Below are positions 57,617 through 64,000 of a stretch of DNA of 64,000 bases, in pieces (positions within the stretch are counted from its first letter, which is position 1; every line of letters starts with the position of its first letter). Origin of the DNA: Octopus sinensis (Eukaryota); the NCBI RefSeq assembly GCF_006345805.1, contig NC_043019.1, positions 30,131,360 through 30,195,359 of the forward strand, read 5' to 3'. The notes beneath the pieces were generated by a model. It was not told the origin of the DNA and ran no database searches. It saw only the letters and a list, made by a program, of their open reading frames with translations. Both the position numbers and the translations under genes were made by a program.

Positions 57617-60287
57617 CAGCTTCCGTCATCACAGCTTCCCTCATCACAGACCTCCCTCATCACATCTTCCGTCATCACAGCTCCCCTCATCACATCTTCT
57701 CTCATCAAAGCTTCCCTCATCACATCTTCCGTCATCACATCTTCCCTCATTGCAGCTTCTCTCATCACATCTTCCTTCATCACAGCTTCCCTCATCACTG
57801 CTTCCCTCATCAAAGCTTCCCTCATCACAGCTTCCAACATCACAGCTTCCCTCATCACAGCTTCCCTCATCCTGCTTCCCTCATCACAGACCTCCCTCAT
57901 CACTGCTTCCCTCATCAAAGCTTCCCTCATCACAGCTTCCCTCATCACTGCTTCCTTCATCAAAGCTTCCCTCATCACACATTCCCTCATCACAGCTTCC
58001 CTCATCACAGTTTCCCTCATCACAGCTTCCCTCATCACAGCTTCCCTCATCACAGCTTCCCTCATCACAGCTTCCCTCATCACAGCTTCCCTCATCAAAG
58101 CTTCCCTCATCAAAGCTTCCCTCATCACAGCTTCCCTCATCACAGCTTCCCTCATCACAGCTTCCCTCATCACAGCTTCCCTCATCAAAGCTTCCCTCAT
58201 CACAGCTTCCCTCATCACAGCTCCCCTCATCACAGCTTCCCTCATCACAGCTTCCCTCATCACTGCTTCCCTCATCACAGCTTCCCTCATCACAGCTTCC
58301 CTCATCGCAGCTTCCCTCATCACAGCTTCCCTCATCACAGCTTCCCTCATCACAGCTCCCCTCATCACAGCTTCCCTCATCGCAGCTTCCCTCATCGCAG
58401 CTTCCCTCATCAAAGCTTCCCTCATCACAGCTTCCCTCATCACAGCTCCCCTCATCACAGCTTCCCTCATCACAGCTTCCCTCATCACAGCTTCCCTCAT
58501 CACAGCTTCCCTCATCACAGCTTCCCTCATCACAGCTTCCCTCATCAAAGCTTCCCTCATCACAGCTTCCCTCATCAAAGCTTCCCTCATCACTGCTTCC
58601 CTCATCACAGCTTCCCTCATCGCAGCTTCCCTCATCAAAGCTTCCCTCATCACAGCTTCCCTCATCAAAGCTTCCCTCATCAAAGCTTCCCTCATCACAC
58701 ATTCCCTCATCACAGCTCCCCTCATCACAGCTTCCCTCATCACAGCTTCCCTCATCACAGCTTCCCTCATCACAGCTTCTCTCATCACAGACCTCCCTCA
58801 TCACAGCTTCCCTCATCACAGTTTCCCTCATCACAGCTTCCCTCATCACAGCTTCCCTCATCACAGCTTCCCTCATCACAGCTTCCCTCATCAAAGCTTC
58901 CCTCATCAAAGCTTCCCTCATCACAGCTTCCCTCATCACAGCTTCCCTCATCACAGCTTCCCTCATCACAGCTTCCCTCATCACAGCTTCTCTCATCACA
59001 GACCTCCCTCATCACAGCTTCCCTCATCACAGTTTCCCTCATCACAGCTTCCCTCATCACAGCTTCCCTCATCACAGCTTCCCTCATCACAGCTTCCCTC
59101 ATCAAAGCTTCCCTCATCAAAGCTTCCCTCATCACAGCTTCCCTCATCACAGCTTCCCTCATCACAGCTTCTCTCATCACAGACCTCCCTCATCACAGCT
59201 TCCCTCATCACAGCTTCCTCATCACAGCTTCCCTCATCAAGCTTCCCTCATCACAAGCTTCCCTCATCACAGCTTCCCTCATCACACAGCTTCCCTCATC
59301 ACAGCTTCCCTCATCATCACAGCTTCCCTCATCATCACAGCTTCCCTCATCACAGTTTCCCTCATCACAGCTTCCCTCATCACTGCTTCCCTCATCACTG
59401 CTTCCCTCATCACTGCTTCCCTCATCACTGCTTCCCTCATCACTGCTTCCCTCATCAAAGCTTCCCTCATCACAGCTTCCCTCATCACATCTTCTCTCAT
59501 CAAAGCTTCCCTCATCACATCTTCCGTCATCACAGCTTCCCTCATCAAAGCTTCCCTCATCAAGCTTCCCTCATCAAAGCTTCCCTCATCACAGCTTCCC
59601 TCATCACTGCTTCCCTCATCACAGCTTCCCTCATCACAGCTTCCCTCATCGCAGCTTCCCTCATCACATCTTCCGTCATCACAGCTTCCCTCATCAAAGC
59701 TTCCCTCATCACAGCTTCCCTCATCGCAGCTTCCCTCATCACAGCTTCCCTCATCGCAGCTTCCCTCATCACATCTTCCGTCATCACAGCTTCCCTCATC
59801 AAAGCTTCCCTCATCAAAGCTTCCCTCATCACAGCTTCCCTCATCAGCTTCCCTCATCACTGCTTCTCTCATCAAAGCTTCCCTCATCACATCTTCCGTC
59901 ATCACAGCTTCCCTCATCAAAGCTTCCCTCATCAAAGCTTCCCTCATCACAGCTTCCCTCATCACTGCTTCCCTCATCACAGCTGCCCTCATCGCAGCTT
60001 CCCTCATCACATCTTCCGTCATCACAGCTTCCCTCATCACAGCTCCCCTCATCACATCTTCTCTCATCAAAGCTTCCCTCATCACATCTTCCGTCATCAC
60101 AGCTTCCCTCATCAAAGCTTCCCTCATCACAGCTTCCCTCATCGCAGCTTCCCTCATCACAGCTTCCCTCATCGCAGCTTCCCTCATCACAGCTTCCCTC
60201 ATCACAGCTTCCCTCATCACATCTTCTGTCATCACAGCTCCCCTCATCACAGTTTCCCTCATCACAGCTCCCCTCATCACAGCTTCC
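57617..60287. repeat. About 2.67-kb minisatellite, 15-bp unit CACAGCTTCCCTCAT (about 178 units)
   Basis: Direct inspection; variant units (CAAAG, CACTG, CGCAG, CACATCTTCCGTCAT, 16-bp CACAGACCTCCCTCAT). Confidence 0.98.
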
Positions 60288-61754
60288 TTTGTCAATTTTG
60301 ACCTTCGCTACGTTCTCCTACTGTCGCAAATAGGTGACAACTTGGCCGAATCATTAGAGCATTGGACAGATTGTTCCAGTTCTCTGAGTTCAAATCCTAC
60401 CGAGGTCAACTTTTTCTTCTAACCTTTCAGGACAAATAGATAAAGCTACTATTTCAATACAGGGATCGATTCTCTTGTTCCTTTTGGTTTTCTTTCTTCC
60501 TCTCTAGAAGAAAATGGATATGTTCGGTCACGGAGAGGAATGAAATGGGCTCCATGAAAATTAAAATGTCCAAGACATACCATATTTTCTAGCATACAAC
60601 TTGAATTTTTCAGAACAAAATTTACAGTCAATAAAGAATTTGTCTATTTATACACCAAGATGTCTTTAGAGAACCAAAAATTCCATGTGAGATGCAGCAG
60701 GATTTGAAATGATAGTGATGATATTTGTATGCTTCCACTATATACTACATTGGCAGGTATGCCAGAAAATAATGAGTGGATGTTTCAGTCAATGAAGGAA
60801 ACCTCTACACAGTTGCTAGACCTGTTAAAAATAGCAGCTAAATTTTTTTCAAATTGTACACTTCTGTCTTATTATATGTACATAATATATTTTCCAGCAT
60901 ATAAGTCGAACTTTCTGACCAGAATTTAAAGCCAAAGAAAGGTAAGTTGACTTATACACTGAGACTACTTTGGAGGACCAAAAATTCTTTGAGATAGGCA
61001 GCAGGGTTTGGAAAGATAGTGACGATGTTTGAATGTTTACATTATATATTATATTGAATTGTGTGCCAGAAAATATAGTGCTATCTTTATGATTCCAAGA
61101 GTTAAGCTAGAATGTTAAAACTTAGTGCACATTCACAGCAGAGTTCACTAAGTGTGCATTAGCTTCATTTATTTGGCAAGAGTCCGGATACTTATTGATC
61201 AGACCATGCATATATAGCTTTGAATTATGTGTCACCTTTTAATTATTGAGTTCAAGAGAGATTTTGAAATTATTTTAAAATTTGTTTTCCTTGCACAATC
61301 TACAAAATTTAATTCATTAAAACAAAAAAGGAAAAGGAAGGAAGAAGGAAGGAAAGACAGCTATTAACCAGACTTCACTTTCCTGTATTCCATATCAATA
61401 ATAATTATGATAATGGTTAATGGATCCCATATCAGTAATGATAAATGAACCTGTTTCATTATTATATTACTTTAGTTTTAAACCAATGTGGTGGTGGTGG
61501 TGGTGGGGTGTTGGCAACCTGGCTGGTTTGTTGGTTGGTTGTTTGATTGGTTAATTAAGTAGTGGGGGTGGGGGGATAGCTGGTGTTCAACAAAATACTT
61601 TATTGCTTGTGTTGTTCTTGTTACTATTTTTTAGCTTAATATTGTGCATCTTAAATTATACGAAAGCAGTTTATAGTCGTTTAGTTTTTTGTCACTGTTA
61701 CTATTACAGAGTCTTGCGCCTACGTCAGAAATCATCATCATCATCATCATCATT

Positions 61755-61786
<32 letters not shown>

Positions 61787-61927
61787 TCTTATTCTGCCTT
61801 GGTCTACTTTGCCTTTCATCTTGTCGGGCTTGATAAATCAAGTACCAACAAAACACTGGGGTCAATGTTATTGACTAGTCCCCTCCTCACAAAATTTCAG
61901 GCCTTGTGCCTTTAGTTAAAAAGGATT

Positions 61928-61960
<33 letters not shown>

Positions 61961-62118
61961 ATTATTATTATTCTGAGTTCAAATTGTGTTGAGGTTGACT
62001 TTGTCTTTCATCCTTTTTCAGGGTCGATAAATTAAGTACCAGTTACATACTCGGGTCGATGTAATCGACTTAGCCCCGCCCCCAAATTTCAGGCCTTGTG
62101 CCTTTAATAGAAAGGATA

Positions 62119-62155
<37 letters not shown>

Positions 62156-62224
62156 GTTTCCAACTAGCAATAACCACACCTTGGATTTACCTCATTGGCC
62201 ATGGTACTGCCTCTGCGGTACCAT

Positions 62225-62350
62225 TTTACTGGTGAGTGTGTTACATTATAAGGCACAAAAAGAAAATGACTCTCCCCAGACTCAACAGAATATGCTTCAA
62301 CACACGAAGTCATATAAAGAATCTTGCAAACCAAATCCCAAAATGAAACA
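62225..62350 (+). mobile_element. Family P element, short copy preceded by a 24-nt hairpin (62201-62224)
   Basis: Homologous to the right arm and extension of 40942-41127. Confidence 0.75.
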
Positions 62351-62629
62351 TTAAACACTAAGTGTACTCAGGAAACAGATGTTCTTGAATGCCCAGCAGC
62401 AGTCAAAGGTCAGCTAGCAGCAGTAGTAGAATCGCTAGTTCTAGATTTCTGATTTTAGCATCATCAGTAGCAGATATGTAAGTCACCTCATGCCAAGCAA
62501 ATCTAAACTAGCTGATATGGATAAACAAAGATTGTAAGGTCACTGATGTTTGTATTTGGCCAGAAAACTGGGCAATAATTCATCTTTAGCAACAGAATTA
62601 GATTTAGTTCAAAATTAGCAATCTGTATA

Positions 62630-63141
62630 CAGTGATACCTCGTTTATCGTGGTAGATTGGTTCCGAGACCGGCCGTGATAACTGAATTTCCGCAAAGTAG
62701 TGACACCATATTTACAGTATTTATTTAACGTGTATTTGGACTTTTAAAACCCTCCCTGTACTGTTAACAACCCACCCATTACAGTAGTCTATTAATAACA
62801 AGGACAACTGTTAAGCAATAACACTTTAGGTTTACAAAAATAAAGATTGTTACTGTTACACAGGCCAGATTACAAAATAGAAAGCTGTGATTCGTCGTCT
62901 CTCTCCATTGCACCAATCACAGCCCGTCTTAAGTTCAAATACCCCTGTATATGCTTCTTTTGCTATTTTACACTTGTTTTGTGGTTCCTAGACTAGGAAA
63001 TAATATTTATTATTAATATTTTAATGGATTTAATGAAAAATTTTAGGCCTTCACATATATATATATATATATGTATATTTTAAAAATCTGCAGAGTCGTG
63101 AATCTGCGATAGTTGAACCACGAAGTAGCGAGGGATCACTG
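62630..63141. mobile_element. Tigger/pogo-like MITE, 512 bp, TA TSD
   Basis: TA|CAGTGATACCTCG ... CGAGGGATCACTG|TA. Confidence 0.85.
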
Positions 63142-63392
63142 TACACGCTTAATGTATATATATTATTGAAAGCATTCTACACTGCTGTATTTATCTTAAG
63201 AAAGCATCTCTAATGATGTTGAAAACACAGACAAATATTAGCAGCAGGCAAAGGTCGCCTAGTAACAGCGGTGGAATTGCTAGATCTAAACTTTTGTTTA
63301 TTAGCTTCAACAAGTGACTATCACCTGCTACTCGTATTTGTCTTTGTTTTAATACTATTTATCTATAAGAGATGCTTATATATATTTATATA

Positions 63393-63748
63393 CTAGCAGT
63401 ATCACCCGGCGTTGCTCGGGTTTGTTTCGATCCTTTAGAATGGGAATTTTTGAAAACTAAAAATTTTTGCATTATTTAAGTGAACATTTTTCTGGTTGAA
63501 ATACTCCCAAAAAATAGCGACACAGCAGTCAAAAAATCGTAAAAAATAGGGATTTTCATAGTAAAAAAAGCACCTTTTTGATGTAAATAATTTTTGGTGT
63601 TAACATGATCCGATTTGAATTTTATCTTCTACGGAATGAAGAGCAAGCCTTCTATCATACTCTCAAATTTGGGTCTCGGAGGAGATAGTGTTAGCTGAAG
63701 GCTACCAAACCTGCCACACACAGACAACTTCAGCTTTATATATATAGA
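63393..63748 (-). mobile_element. Non-autonomous Helitron, same termini as 3977-4362 but different interior
   Basis: A|CTAGCAGTATCACCCGGCGTTGCTCGGG ... TTTATATATATAGA|T on the plus strand. Confidence 0.78.
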
Positions 63749-63762
63749 TAAATATATATATA

Positions 63763-63818
<56 letters not shown>

Positions 63819-64000
63819 TGTGTGTGTGTACAGTATATGTACATTAAGTATGAATTCAAATAGCTTATATATCAATGGAACAGCTTGCTCATGAGCACTC
63901 CAGACATGTGTACCCCTTCACATATTTCTCAGGTAGATTCAGCATGACACATAGTGTGACATGGCTGGCCCCTTGAAATACAGGTACTACTCATCTTTGC

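Noticed and set aside
57617-60287. CRISPR-like array (also considered for 33319-33649)
   Set aside because: The units are contiguous with no unique spacers, the context is eukaryotic and there are no cas genes.
57535-60422. Long ORFs of 890-932 aa (HHSFP/TASLI/QLPSS) and minus-strand MREAV/DEGSC ORFs as a His-rich structural protein gene
   Set aside because: They arise from a 15-bp unit with no stop in the plus frames. Frame-shifting 16-bp units recur without penalty, and there is no signal peptide or unique domain.
60600-61080. Diverged ~300-bp-period duplication, and weak periodicity around 62390-63320, as a structured array
   Set aside because: The similarity is too low to define units by eye. 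It looks like ordinary old local duplication.

Overview
AT-rich, microsatellite- and transposon-dense animal DNA. The repeat families and extreme (TA)n/(CA)n/(GAT)n content suggest an octopod cephalopod (inference, no database search). The only gene I can support is the 3' part of a plus-strand Rab-GAP of the TBC1D2/TBC1D2B family. It has 13 coding exons (3735-48350, all GT-AG, splice phases consistent, 1687 nt, about 561 aa to TGA at 48348-48350) encoding coiled-coil segments and a complete TBC domain with IxxDxxR and YxQ motifs. Its 5' exons lie upstream of the window. Introns and downstream DNA hold several tRNA-headed SINE families, three copies of one internally deleted mariner, other Tc1/mariner relics, hAT-, piggyBac-, Tigger- and Helitron-type non-autonomous elements, LINE fragments (RTE-like, Dong/R4-like, Penelope-like RT/GIY-YIG) and many tandem repeats, including a 2.7-kb 15-bp minisatellite. 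No prokaryotic features, CRISPR arrays or intact RNA genes were found. The best candidate for something undescribed is a recurring class of short asymmetric fold-back elements with a hairpin at the junction. One combines a tRNA-derived Pol III head with a minimal Penelope-type hammerhead-ribozyme-like motif and an inverted copy of its own tail (11.4-11.8 kb). All assignments are by eye and need computational confirmation.
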